NCBI RefSeq assembly: GCF_031769215.1
Contig: NW_026781895.1
Coordinates: 62,001 to 126,000 of the forward strand
From: Ylistrum balloti
Lineage: Eukaryota
Reading direction: 5' to 3'
Length of the DNA stretch: 64,000 bases
How positions within the stretch are numbered: position 1 is the stretch's first letter; each line of letters begins with the position of its first letter. This document shows positions 25,901 to 38,717 of this stretch, piece by piece. The notes beneath the pieces are model-generated. The model made no database searches, had not been told where the DNA came from, and saw only the letters and a list, made by a program, of their open reading frames with translations. Made by a program: the position numbers and the translations under genes.

Positions 25901-28900
25901 TTCCGAGGTCAAGGTCATTTTTACTGTATACTTATTAAAAATCATCAACAACAAAAATGTAATTTGCATGAGAGTGGAGACATTCATTTCTTACAGACAG
26001 ATTTTGGTATTTACCATTCGTGATAAGAAAAGTGCTCCATGGATCTAGGCAAAAAATTCAGGTCAGCAAAAAATAGAAGGATTGGAATTCTTTAAAAATA
26101 ATGTTCAGTGTGATTGTGTAAAAATAACATTACTGTAATAGCTATATTTACATGCAGGTGAGAGGATCGTAGTGAAGCTGGTGATGGGAGCCCAGAACCT
26201 TCCATCTGTCAAATCCAGGAACACAGTGGCTGAGGTGATGGGAAGCATGTACCCAGATGAGGTAGACTTTTAATAAAAAATATGCTATTCGGCAATCAGG
26301 TAATCTAATAAAATGTTAGACAAAAAGTTATTCTCAGTTATTCTAGGCCAATCTAACATAATATCAGTTATTCTAGGCCAATCTAACATAATATCAGTTA
26401 TTCTAGGCCAATCTAACAGAATATCAGTTATTCTAGGCCAATCTAACAGAATATCAGTTGTTCTATGCCAATCTAACAGAATATCAGTTATTCTAGGCCA
26501 ATCTAACAGAATGTCAGTTATTCTAGGCCAATCGAACAGAATGTCAGTTATTCTCAGCCAATCTAACAGAATATCAGTTATTCTAGGCCAATCTAACAGA
26601 ATATCAGTTGTTCTAGGCCAATCTAACAGAATATCAGTTATTCTAGGCCAATCTAACAGAATATCAGTTATTCTATGCCAATCTAACAGAATATCAGTTG
26701 TTCTATGCCAATCTAACAGAATATCAGTTATTCTAGGCCAATCTAACAGAATGTCAGTTGTTCTAGGCCAATCTAACAGAATATCAGTTATTCTAGGCCA
26801 ATCTAACAGAATGTCAGTTGTTCTAGGCCAATCTAACAGAATATCAGTTATTCTAGGCCAATCTAACAGAATATCAGTTATTCTCAGCCAATCTAACAGA
26901 ATATCAGTTATTCTAGGCCAATCTAACAGAATATCAGTTGTTCTAGGCCAATCTAACAGAATATCAGTTATTCTAGCCCAATCTAACAGAATGTCAGTTG
27001 TTCTAGGCCAATCTAACAGAATATCAGTTATTCTAGGCCAATCTAACAGAATATTTGTTATTCTAGGCCAATCTAACAGAATATCAGTTATTCTCAGCCA
27101 ATCTAACAGAATATCAGTTATTCTAGGCCAATCTAACAGAATATCAGTTATTCTAGGCCAATCTAACAGAATATCAGTTATTCTAGGCCAATCTAACAGA
27201 ATGTCAGTTATTCTAGGCCAATCTAACAGAATATCAGTTATTCTAGGCCAATCTAACAGAATATCAGTTATTCTAGGCCAATCTAACAGAATATCAGTTA
27301 TTCTAGGCCAATCTAACAGAATATCTGTTATTCTAGGCCAATCTAACAGAATATCAGTTATTCTAGGCCAATCTAACAGAATATCAGTTATTCTAGGCCA
27401 ATCTAACAGAATATCAGTTATTCCTGGCCAATCAAACAGCATATAAGATATTTTCAGCCTACAATGTATAGCATAATGAATGAGTGTTAATTAATAATCC
27501 TGAGGGGACATATACATAATTTAGTTAACACTAAAGTAGAAAGATTAATATACTTTAAAACTCTTGTATAAATGTGAAGGATAAGGATATATCACCTGAG
27601 GCTCACAAACGGTGTTAAAATCCTAGGGTCACGTTACTAATAGACAAGAAATGTAATACTGATGATGTTTACACTAGGTTGTACTCTTTGGTGGACACCT
27701 GGACAGTTGGGATGTTGGTCAGGGAGCCATGGATGATGGCGGAGGTGCATTTATCTCATGGCAGGTACTATAATTTAAAATAATACAGGTAATATTTGAT
27801 TATAGAATATTATTCAGAACATGGAATAATATATGAAATTGATGAAGTGATAATTAAATAGGGGTAAAAAGTGGAATTAAGAAAAACAATAAACAATGCT
27901 GTGTATTTTCATAATTTTGAGAACTAAAATACAACGTTGTCTTTAACAATTGTCAGATTTCAATTAGTTTCATTTTATACTAGCAAATCCTTCTGTACCC
28001 TTTATCATCATCAGGCGCTGTCCTTGATCTCCCAACTTGGACTGCGACCCAAACGGACAATGAGGATGGTCCTATGGACAGGTGAGGTGAGTCATATATA
28101 GATTATCGGGATTTTGACAGGGAAGTCAGAAATACAATGTGTACGAATCATACATGTAAGTATAAACAGGTCATTGTAATAGAGAGGTACAAACACTGCT
28201 AAACTGTTCCAAGTGTCTAGTTAATACTTATATTCATAAAGTAATGGAGAATTTTTCAGGTCAATAATTACACTTATACGTAATGTATGTCTGAATCTGT
28301 ACAATTATACTAATATCACTGTTTGCTGTTTTACAGGAAATGGGTGGAATCGGAGCTGAAGCCTATTATCACGCACACAAGGTGAAATATCTATATATTA
28401 AGTATTATTACAGGTGAACACATTTCTGAAGGACACTGGTCGGGTTGGAGAATTAACTGGCTTCAAAAATATGTACTCGGATACACATTAAAAAAGGAAA
28501 GGTTCTGTCTTCTGTCTTTGTCAACAGCAAAAGCTGATTGAAGTATTTAATGCATTATCTCATTCAACAGTGGTAGGGTTCACATTTGGTTAGATATGTT
28601 GAGTACCCAAGTATGGGTCTGGTATTAAAATCGAGGGTACCTTGGGTCAACCATTTAACTTCAGGGCCTTCATTCCATATCCATGACTGACTAGTTTTTT
28701 CCATTGCAATGTTCCCATCTATAAAGTTAAAATATTGTGCTGAAACTTATATACATACATCAGCAAAAGGCTTTTGTATACTGAATGAGTTCAGATTTTG
28801 TGCTGAAACTTGTATACATACATCAGCAAAAGGCTTTTGTATACTGAATGAGTTCAGATTTTGTGCTGAAACTTGTATACATACATCAGCAAAAGGCTTT

Positions 28901-31692
28901 TGTATACTGAATGAGTTCAGATTTTGTGCTGAAACTTGTATACATACATCACCAAAAGGCTTTTGTATACTGAATGAGTTCAGATTTTGTGCTGAAACTT
29001 GTATACATACATCAGCAAAAGGCTTTTGTATACTGAATGAGTTCAGATTTTGTGCTGAAACTTATATACATACATCAGCAAAAGGCTTTTGTATACTGAA
29101 TGAGTTCAGATTTTGTGCTGAAACTTGTATACATACATCACCAAAAGGCTTTTGTATACTGAATGAGTTCAGATTTTGTGCTGAAACTTGTATACATACA
29201 TCACCAAAAGGCTTTTGTTCTTTGCACTGCTCTTAGGTCATTTTGACTCAGATACTGTTATTAAACTATTTCTTTAGATAAATATATTGTTATAACATTT
29301 TGAATCAACATTGACTAAAAGTCACTGGCTTATCTATTAAATGTATATGTATGACCTTAATTTTTGTGAGTTATCTCACTTTTAATTGTTGAATAACTTT
29401 TCAATATGATAAATATTAATTGTTAGTTATTGGTATACCAGTACGATAGAAATAAGACTTGCATTTAACAATACTACATAAATGTGCCAAGCCTTCAGTT
29501 GATGTGGTTTTCCATTCAGGGTGATATCTCTAACTTTGATATGGTGATGGAGTCAGATATTGGAACTTTTCATCCTTATGGGATCAAATTTACGGGTAAG
29601 TGTCATTGTTTATCAGTGAACCCACCCTTAATTCCCCCAACCCAGACAAAGGTTTTGTTATATATGTGTTTGTGTGATGAAATCAGAATGAAGTGCATTA
29701 GTGAAAAAAAGTTAATTAGTAAGAAAATGGTGTGATGCTTCACTTTACCTTGGCCATGGTGAAGTGAACCCTCACCTCCCCTGCCCCACCCTGATTTTTT
29801 TTTATTATTATTATTATGTATTGAGGAACATAATGAAGTAAACTGATAAAATGAAAAAAAAATTAAGTGAAGAAACAGCAATTGGAAACAGAATATATAG
29901 TGGCTTCACTTTGCCATGAGGGGGGGTTTCATTTCACTATAATGGTGAAATGAACCACAGATCACTTTACCATGGGCTTCACTTTACCATACTACAAAGG
30001 TAATAATTATGTGACGTCATACATATTTGTTACAGGTACAGAGAAAGCTACCAAAATAATGGAGTCTGTAGTTGATCTACTGCGACCAATCAATGCTACT
30101 CAACTGGCAAATGAAGCCGACGGTACAGATATAGCCATGTGGATGTCACATGGTGTTCCAGGCTCAAGTCTACTCACAGATACTTCTTCATACTTCTACT
30201 ATCACCATACAGACGGTAAGCCTGATGTGTTCTAATTTGTTATCTTGTTTGTTAAGGTGATGACAGAGAAAGGATAAAGTCATAACTATGTATGCTAATG
30301 GTAGTGAAAGGAACTTAATGTGTGTAGCAAGAGTGAAGTTGTCTTGTCAATTCTGTAATAATGGTGTAGGGAGAGGGAAGATGTTGTGTCAATTCTATAT
30401 TAATGGTGTAGGGAGAGGGAAGCTGTCATGTCAATTCTGTATTAATGGTGTAGGGAGAGGAAAGATGTTGTGTCAATTCTATATTAATGGTGTAGGGAGA
30501 GGGAAGCTGTCATGTCAATTCTGTATTAATGGTGTAGGGAGAGGGAAGATGTTGTGTCAATTCTGTATTAATGGTGTAGGGAGAGGGAAGCTGTTGTGTC
30601 AATTCTGTATTAATGGTGTAGGGAGAGGGAAGATGCTGTGTCAATTCTGTATTAATGATGTAGGGAGAGGGAAGCTGTCATGTCAATTCTGTATTAATGG
30701 TATAGGGAGAGGGAAGATGTGTCAATTCTGTATTAATGATGTAGGGAGAGGGAAGTTGTCATGTCAATTCTGTATTAATGGTGTAGGGAGAGGGAAGCTG
30801 TCATGTCAATTCTGTATTAATGGTGTAGGGAGAGGGAAGATGTTGTGTCAATTCTGTATTAATGGTGTAGGGAGAGGGAAGCTGTCATGTCAATTCTGTA
30901 TTAATGGTGTAGGGAGAGGGAAGCTGTCATGTCAATTCTGTATTAATGGTGTAGGGAGAGGGAAGATGTGTCGATTCTTTATCAATGATGTAGGGAGAGG
31001 GAAGCTGTTGTGTTGATTCTGTGATGTGCAGACAGAGCGATGTCATGTCAATTCTGTATTAATGCTGTAGGGAGAGGGAAGATGTTGTGTCAATTCTGTA
31101 TTAATGGTGTAGGGAGAGGGAAGCTGTCATGTCAATTCAGTATTAATGGTGTAGAGAGAGGGAAGCTGTCATGTCAATTCTGTATTAATGGTATTGGGAG
31201 AGGGAAGATGTGTCAATTCTGTATTAATGGTGTAGGGAGAGGGAAGATGTCATGTCAATTCTGTATTAATGGTGTAGGGAGAGGGAAGATGTGTCGATTC
31301 TTTATCAATGATGTTAGGAGAGGGAAGCTGTTGTGTTGATTCTGTGTTGATGTGCAGACAGAGCGATGTCATGTCAATTCTGTATTAATGGTGTAGGGAG
31401 ACGGAAGCTGTTGTGTTGATTCTGTGTTGATATGCAGAGAGAGCGATGTTATGTCAATTCTGTGTTGATCTCAGAGAGAGGGAAGTTGTCATGTGAATTT
31501 TTTATAGGTTCAACCTATTTTACGATGTGTGATTGTTATAAAACCAGTGTTTTTTTATCTGATAATCTTAAAACTTCTATTGTAGGAGATACATTGACAG
31601 TTCAGAATCCTAAGGAGATGGACCGAAGTGCTGCTGTGTGGGCAGTAGTGGCATTTATTGTGGCAGACATGGAGGAAATGTTGCCCCGTTAA
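16951..31692 (+). CDS. CPQ: Carboxypeptidase Q (plasma glutamate carboxypeptidase, M28), about 452 aa
   Basis: Firm exons: about 20823-20954, 22270-22331, 23078-23245, 24662-24826, 25555-25639, 26158-26261, 27678-27764, 28015-28086, 28337-28381, 29520-29595, 30036-30215, 31586-31692. All phases match. Motifs include [70 protein letters not shown] and the C-terminus ADMEEMLPR. The tentative N-terminal exons are 16951-16993 ([14 protein letters not shown], donor GTAAGT) and 20612-20644. Confidence 0.95.
17850..19005 (-). mobile_element. CR1/L2-type LINE RT fragment in CPQ intron
   Basis: Frameshifted RT motifs DFMKAFDKV (about 18790-18815), [30 protein letters not shown] and LVRPHLEYA (ORF 18105-18629). 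Confidence 0.85.
19155..19718. mobile_element. hAT-like MITE, about 564 bp
   Basis: Terminal CAGGGGTCCGGAAAA pairs with TTTTCTAGACCCCTG (13/15 inverted match). Flanks ATTGGC and ATTTGGC look like a degenerate TSD. GGACGAGT-type motifs recur subterminally. Confidence 0.7.
21287..21925. repeat. 58-bp minisatellite, about 11 copies, in CPQ intron
   Basis: Unit AATAGCAGAATAGATTTTAACTAGAGGAGTTCATAAAGGACTTTTGTTCATATCTCAG; copies are near-identical. Confidence 0.95.
22405..23012. repeat. 20-bp minisatellite, about 30 copies, in CPQ intron
   Basis: Unit TGTATCATACTGTAACACA(C/T) fills most of intron 22332-23077. Confidence 0.95.
23837..24416 (+). mobile_element. Non-autonomous Helentron-associated (HINE-like) element, about 580 bp
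   Basis: Starts TTTTAGCTCACCTGG. The sub-terminal inverted repeat GCTCACCTGG (23842-23851) pairs with CCAGGTGAGC (24381-24390), followed by an imperfect hairpin and CTCTTGTT. This matches the described bivalve HINE architecture. Confidence 0.7.
24921..25235. repeat. 61-bp minisatellite, about 5 copies
   Basis: GGAGTCAATTGG recurs at 24927, 24988 and onward; the unit contains the palindrome ACTCCATGGAGT. Confidence 0.9.
26327..27440. repeat. 30-bp minisatellite, about 37 copies, in CPQ intron
   Basis: Unit TTCTAGGCCAATCTAACAGAATATCAGTTA. Confidence 0.97.
28730..29220. repeat. 63-bp minisatellite, about 8 copies, in CPQ intron
   Basis: Unit TGTGCTGAAACTTGTATACATACATCAGCAAAAGGCTTTTGTATACTGAATGAGTTCAGATTT. 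Confidence 0.95.
30340..31495. repeat. 42-bp (and 39-bp variant) minisatellite, about 25 copies, in last CPQ intron
   Basis: Unit GTCAATTCTGTATTAATGGTGTAGGGAGAGGGAAGCTGTCAT. Confidence 0.95.
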
Positions 31693-31729
31693 TTGAAGCA
31701 ATTCCTTTTTATCATGATTATATTGAGTC

Positions 31730-34635
31730 ATTTTTCACCTCTGTGAAAGTGAATCATATGTCACCTTTGTGAAAGTGAATTATGTGTCACCTTTGTGAAA
31801 GTGAATTATGTGTCACCTTCATGAAAGTGAATTATGTGTCACCTTTGTGAAAGTGAATTATGTGTCACCTTGGTGAAAGTGAATTATGTGTCACCTTCAT
31901 GAAAGTGAATTATATGTCACCTTCATGAAAGTGAATTATGTGTCACCTTCATGGAAGTGAATTGTGTCACCTTCATGGAAGTGAATTATGTGTCACCTTG
32001 GTGAAAGTGAATTATGTGTCACCTTCATGGAAGTGAATGATGTGTCACCTTTGTGAAAGTGAATTATGTGTCACCTTCATGAAAGTGAATTATGTGTCAC
32101 CTTTTTGAAAGTGAATTATGTGTCACCTTTGTGAAAGTGAATTATGTGTCACCTTTGTGAAAGTGAATTATGTGTCACCTTTGTGAAAGTGAATTATGTG
32201 TCACCTTCATGAAAGTGAATTATGTGTCACCTTTGTGAAAGTGAATTATGTGTCACCTTTGTGAAAGTGAATTATGTGTCACCTTCATGGAAGTGAATTA
32301 TGTGTCACCTTCATGAAAGTGAATTATGTGTCACCTTTGTGAAAGTGAATTATGTGTCACCTTTGTGAAAGTGAATTATGTGTCACCTTTGTGAAAGTGA
32401 ATTATGTGTCACCTTTGTGAAAGTGAATTATGTGTCACCTTCATGTGTGTCACTTTGGTGATAGTGAATTATGTGTCACCTTGGTGAAAGTGAATTATGT
32501 GTCACCTTCATGGAAGTGAATTATGTGTCACCTTTGTGAAAGTGAATTATGTGTCACCTTCATGTGTGTCACTTTGGTGATAGTGAATCATGCATCACCT
32601 TCATGGAAGTGAATTATGTGTCACCTTGGTGAAAGTGAATTATGTGTCACCTTCATGGAAGTGAATTATGTGTCACCTTGGTGAAAGTGAATTATGTGTC
32701 ACCTTCATGGAAGTGAATTATGTGTCACCTTTGTGAAAGTGAATTATGTGTCACCTTCATGTGTGTCACTTTGGTGATAGTGAATCATGCATCACCTTCA
32801 TGGAAGTGAATTATGTGTCACCTTGGTGAAAGTGAATTATGTGTCACCTTTGTGAAAGTGAATTATGTGTCACCTTTGTGAAAGTGAATTATGTGTCACC
32901 TTTGTGAAAGTGAATTATGTGTCACCTTTGTGAAAGAGAATTATGTGTCACCTTTGTGAAAGTGAATTATGTGTCACCTTGGTGACCTTTGTGTGTCACT
33001 TTGGTGCTAGTGAATCATGCATCACCTTCATGGAAGTGAATTATGTGTCACCTTGGTGAAAGTGAATTATGTGTCACCTTTGTGAAAGTGAATTATGTGT
33101 CACCTTCATGGAAGTGAATTATGTGTCACTTTGGTGATAGTGAATCATGCATCACCTTCATGGAAGTGAATTATGTGTCACCTTTGTGAAAGTGAGTTAT
33201 GTGTCACCTTCGTGAAAGTGAGTTATGTGTCACCTTCATGAAAGTGAATTATGTGTCACCTTTGTGAAAGTGAATTATGTGTCACCTTCATGTGTGTCAC
33301 TTTGGTGATAGTGAATCATGCATCACCTTCATGGAAGTGAATTATGTGTCACCTTGGTGAAAGTGAATTATGTGTCACCTTCATGGAAGTGAATTATGTG
33401 TTACCTTCATGAAAGTGAATCATATGTCACCTTTGTGAAAGTGAATTATGTGTCACCTTTGTGAAAGTGAATTATGTGTCACCTTTGTGAAAGTGAATTA
33501 TGTGTCACCTTCGTGAAAGTGAATTATGTGTCACCTTCATGGAAGTGAATTATGTGTCACCTTCATGAAAGTGAATTATGTGTCACCTTTGTGAAAGTGA
33601 ATTATGTGTCACCTTTGTGAAAGTGAATTATGTGTCACCTTCATGAAAGTGAATTATGTGTTACCTTCATGAAAGTGAATTATGTGTCACCTTTGTGAAA
33701 GTGAATCATATGTCACCTTCGTGAAAGTGAATTATGTGTCACCTTCATGAAAGTGAATTATGTGTTACCTTCATGAAAGTGAATCATATGTCACCTTTGT
33801 GAAAGTGAATTATGTGTTACCTTTGTGAAAGTGAATTATGTGTTACCTTCATGTGTGTCACTTTGGTGATAGTGAATCATGCATCACCTTTATGTGTTAC
33901 CTTCATGAAAGTGAATTATGTGTTACCTTCATGAAAGTGAATTATGTGTCACCTTTGTGAAAGTGAATTATGTGTCACCTTTGTGAAAGTGAATTATGTG
34001 TCACCTTTGTGAAAGTGAATTATGTGTTACCTTCATGAAAGTGAATCATATGTCACCTTTGTGAAAGTGAATTATGTGTCACCTTTGTGAAAGTGAATTA
34101 TGTGTCACCTTCATGTGTGTCACTTTGGTGATAGTGAATCATGCATCACCTTCATGGAAGTGAATTATGTGTCACCTTGGTGAAAGTGAATTATGTGTTA
34201 CCTTCATGAAAGTGAATCATATGTCACCTTTGTGAAAGTGAATTATGTGTCACCTTCATGTGTGTCACTTTGGTGATAGTGAATCATGCATCACCTTCAT
34301 GGAAGTGAATTATGTGTCACCTTGGTGAAAGTGAATTATGTGTCACCTTCATGGAAGTGAATTATGTGTAACCTTCATGTGTGTCACTTTGGTGATAGTG
34401 AATCATGCATCACCTTCATGGAAGTGAATTATGTGTAACCTTCATAACAGTGAATTATGTGTCACTTTTGTGAAAGTAAGTCATGTGTCACCTTGGTGAA
34501 AGTAAATCTGGTGTGACCTTAATGAAAGTTAATTATGTCACCTTCATGAAAGTGAATCATTTGTCACCTTGATGAAATTAATTCATGTGTCATCTTGCTG
34601 AAAGTGAATCCTGTGTTACTTTGATGAAAGTGAAT
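31730..34635. repeat. 26-bp satellite, about 110 copies, with higher-order variants, immediately after the CPQ stop codon
   Basis: Unit AAGTGAATTATGTGTCACCTT(TG/CA)TGA; a recurrent variant block GTGTGTCACTTTGGTGATAGTGAATCATGCATCACC is interspersed. Confidence 0.97.
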
Positions 34636-34699
34636 TTTGGCATATTGCGGTGTCTGTCTATCAACTATGTTTTGTTATAGTCACTGCTAGTCTTGAATA

Positions 34700-35160
34700 A
34701 TAGCACATATTTTTACCAAATTTCATCAGAAGCATCTTTAAGGGAACTCAAGTAAGAAAAAGTAGTAGTTCTGACCCCCCTTGGGTCTGAGGGGTGGGGT
34801 TGGGTCAAAATGTTCTGTAGGCATGATTGAATTTTGGCCAAATCTGATGTGAAGAGATGGAGACTCAGTTTTGAATAAACACCCCCCTGGTGAGACAAGT
34901 TGGGGCACAACAGGGGAAATAGCTTTAAAATAATGGATTGAAGCATCTTTGCTTGAAAAAATATTTTGTTTTATAGTAAATGGTGTGTCTTAACCCCTTG
35001 TGATCAGAGGGGCAGGGCCCAATTATAGGAAAGATAGAGCATTATTCTTCATCATGCTTTGATTCTGTCCCAAGTTGGTCTGAAACATCTATTCTATATA
35101 ACTGGTGGATTTGATCCCACTGGGGCCAGAGAGATGCGGCCCTATAGGGATGATAGAGCA
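34700..35160 (+). mobile_element. Fragment of the same interspersed family as 23837-24416
   Basis: Shared internal motifs CCAAATTT...TCAGAAGCATC, a C-run, and GTTGGG..CAAAATG. Confidence 0.45.
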
Positions 35161-35184
35161 AATTCTTTGTATTCATTTCAATTT

Positions 35185-35900
35185 ATTTGTATGACCAGAT
35201 GGATGTTTAGCTACATTTGTATGACCAGATGGATGTTTAGCTACATTTGTATGACCAGATGGATGTTAAGCTACATTTGTATGACCAGATGGATGTTAAG
35301 CTACATTTGTATGACCAGATTGATGTTTAGCTACATTTGTATGACCAGATTGATGTTAAGCTACATTTGTATGACCAGATTGATGTTAAGCTACATTTGT
35401 ATGACCAGAACGATGTTAAGCTACATTTGTTTGACCAGATTGATGTTAAGCTACATTTGTATGACCAGATTGATGTTAAGCTACATTTGTATGACCAAAT
35501 TGATGTTAAGCTACATTTGTATGACCAGATTGATGTTAAGCTACATTTGTATGACCAAATTGATGTTAAGCTACATTTGTATGACCAGATTGATGTTAAG
35601 CTACATTTGTATGACCAAATTCATGTTAAGCTACATTTGTATGACCAGATTGATGTTAAGCTACATTTGTATGGCCACCTTGATGTTTACCTACATTTGT
35701 ATGACCAGATTGATGTTAAGCTACATTTGTATAACCAGATTGATGTTTAGTTACATTTGTATGACCAGAACGATGTTTAGCTACATTTGTTTGACCAGAT
35801 TGATGTTAAGCTACATTTGTATGACAAGATTAATGTTTAGCTACATTTGTTTGACCAGATTGATGTACAGCTGCATTTGTATGACAAGATTGATGTTGCA
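35185..35900. repeat. 30-bp minisatellite, about 24 copies
   Basis: Unit ATGACCAGATTGATGTTAAGCTACATTTGT. Confidence 0.95.
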
Positions 35901-35949
35901 TGCTTTAAGGTAAGAGGAAACAAGAACTAGCATGTTGTATGGCAGCTAA

Positions 35950-37553
35950 ACACTTTGTATTACTGTACATCTAAGTGATACTGTGTGATGGTCGTACAAC
36001 ACTTTGGTATACTGTACATCTAAGTGATACTGTGTGATGGTTGTACAACACTTTGTATTACTGCACATCTAAGTGATACTGTGTGATGGACGTACAACAC
36101 TTTGGTATACTGTACATCTAAGTGATACTTCGTGATGGTCGTACAACACTTTGGTATACTGTACATCTAAGTGATACTGTGTGATGGACGTACAGCACTT
36201 TGGTATACTGTACATCTAAGTGATACTGTGTGATGGTTGTACAACACTTTGTATTACTGCACATCTAAGTGATACTGTGTGATGGACGTACAACACTTTG
36301 GTATACTGTACATCTAAGTGATACTTCGTGATGGTCGTACAACACTTTGGTATACTGTACATCTAAGTGATACTGTGTGATGGTTGTACAACACTTTGTA
36401 TTACTGCACATCTAAGTGATACTGTGTGATGGACGTACAACACTTTGGTATACTGTACATCTAAGTGATACTGTGTGATGGACGTACAACACTTTGGTAT
36501 ACTGTACATCTAAGTGATACTGTGTGATGGACGTACAACACTTTGGTATACTGTACATCCAAGTGATACTGTGTGATGGTCGTACAACACATTGGTATAC
36601 TGTACATCTAAGTGATACTGTGTGATGGACGTACAGCACTTTGGTATACTGTACATCTAAGTGATACTGTGTGATGGTCGTACAACACTTTGTATTACTG
36701 TACATCTAAGTGATACTGTGTGATGGACGTACAACACTTTGGTATACTGCACATCTAAGTGATACTGTGTGATGGACGTACAACACTTTGGTATACTGTA
36801 CATCTAAGTGATACTGTGTGATGGACGTACAACACTTTGGTATACTGTACATCTAAGTGATACTGTGTGATGGACGTACAACACTTTGGTATACTGTACA
36901 TCTAAGTGATACTGTGTGATGGTCGTACAACACTTTGTATTACTGTACATCTAAGTGATACTGTGTGATGGACGTACAACACTTTGGTATACTGCACATC
37001 TAAGTGATACTGTGTGATGGACGTACAGCACTTTGGTATACTGTACATCTAAGTGATACTGTGTGATGGTCGTACAACACTTTGTATTACTGCACATCTA
37101 AGTGATACTTCGTGATGGTCGTACAACACTTTGTATTACTGTACATCTAAGTGATACTTCGTGATGGTCGTACAACACTTTGTATTACTGTACATCTAAG
37201 TGATACTGTGTGATGGTCGTACAACACTTTGTATTACTGTACATCTAAGTGATACTTCGTGATGGTCGTACAACACTTTGTATTACTGTACATCTAAGTG
37301 ATACTTCGTGATGGTCGTACAACACTTTGTATTACTGTACATCTAAGTGATACTTCGTGATGGTCGTACAACACTTTGTATTACTGTACATCTAAGTGAT
37401 ACTTCGTGATGGTCGTACAACACTTTGTATTACTGCACATCTAAGTGATACTTCGTGATGGTCGTACAACACTTTGTATTACTGTACATCTAAGTGATAC
37501 TGTGTGATGGTTGTACAACACTTTGTATTACTGTACATCTAAGTGATACTGTG
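35950..37553. repeat. 49-bp minisatellite, about 33 copies
   Basis: CATCTAAGTG recurs at 35968, 36017, 36066 and onward. Confidence 0.95.
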
Positions 37554-38717
37554 TTCTCAGTAAACAAAAACAAATGTCTTATCTTGAAATTGTATCTCTT
37601 TAGTCGATCACTACTGATTTTGTATATACAATGTAGTACGTCTTGATTTTGTAATTATTTCTGATGTTTTTTGGTTTTGGATATTTTTACAACATGTTGG
37701 TATTAAGATCCTCTTTGTTATAGGAAATTTATAGAAATACATACATTTTAATTGTTTTGAGTTTTAAGCCGCAAATTAATACTTGTTGTAGCTTTCCTAA
37801 TACTAAACATGTTGCTTGTTATCTCTTTAACATATATATATATTTACAAATAATGTGATATATGCAGTGTTTATTTTGCCACATGCACCATTTGGTGTGA
37901 TAACAAGAATACCACAAATTTTTCCACAATATAATTTTGAAATTGAAGCAAATAAACAGTAAATATGATATCACCGATTCTCAGTTAAAATTTATCAGTT
38001 CAAATTGTTACTTGGATTCATATGGTGAAAATTAAACCCTGGCAAAAAAAACTGTTTTCAGTACAAAAAAATGAAAGTTCTTGGCAAGTTTTCTCTTATT
38101 TCTGGTTTATCTTCATTATTTATACATAATGTTATACATGCACTTAAAATGCAATTTTTTCTACTTTTTTTTTCAAAAAGTCAATATTAGATACCATTTT
38201 TATCATGAGATATCTATTTCATATTTTGTTATATCTTTATATTCTTTTTCAAATTTATAAAGTTACAGAAATTCATAGTCCTGCATGTTAGTTATACTAA
38301 TGCTGAATTTACTACTATACTGTATTAAACATTTACACTCACTTGGCTACATGGAAGTTTTTGTTTATGTTGCGTATGTTTATCTCCGTGTTTGATATGC
38401 TCGCTCTCTACACCTAGATATCAGGGAACAATATTAACTCCAATGAATAGCTCTACTAACAATGGAAAGTGTTAATTTCAAAACAGACCCAACACAGTAC
38501 ATCCTACATGTATTTCTAATGCTGAAGGCATTGAATCATTCTGATTGTAGCTCCACAAAATTTAGCGGAGGTGTTCATGACCTTAAAATTGATGGAGATA
38601 GGTTAAGAAACATTTCAGGAGCACAAAAACTTTGCAATTTCTGTACAAATTCTCTCAGGGATAAATTTCTCTTTCAAATGCTCTCTTAACCAATTTGCTA
38701 AGATAAGGGACTCTTAT

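Noticed and set aside
26285-27446. Long ORFs on both strands ([10 protein letters not shown] repeats and [10 protein letters not shown] repeats)
   Set aside because: A 30-bp tandem unit without stop codons inside a well-defined CPQ intron; the open frames are a by-product of periodicity.
28709-29236. 175-aa repeat [24 protein letters not shown]
   Set aside because: Translation of a 63-bp intronic tandem repeat.
30288-31339. CxxC-rich ORF ([11 protein letters not shown]) resembling DnaJ zinc-finger or metallothionein repeats
   Set aside because: Translation of a 42-bp intronic minisatellite, with no splice context or unique flanking domain.
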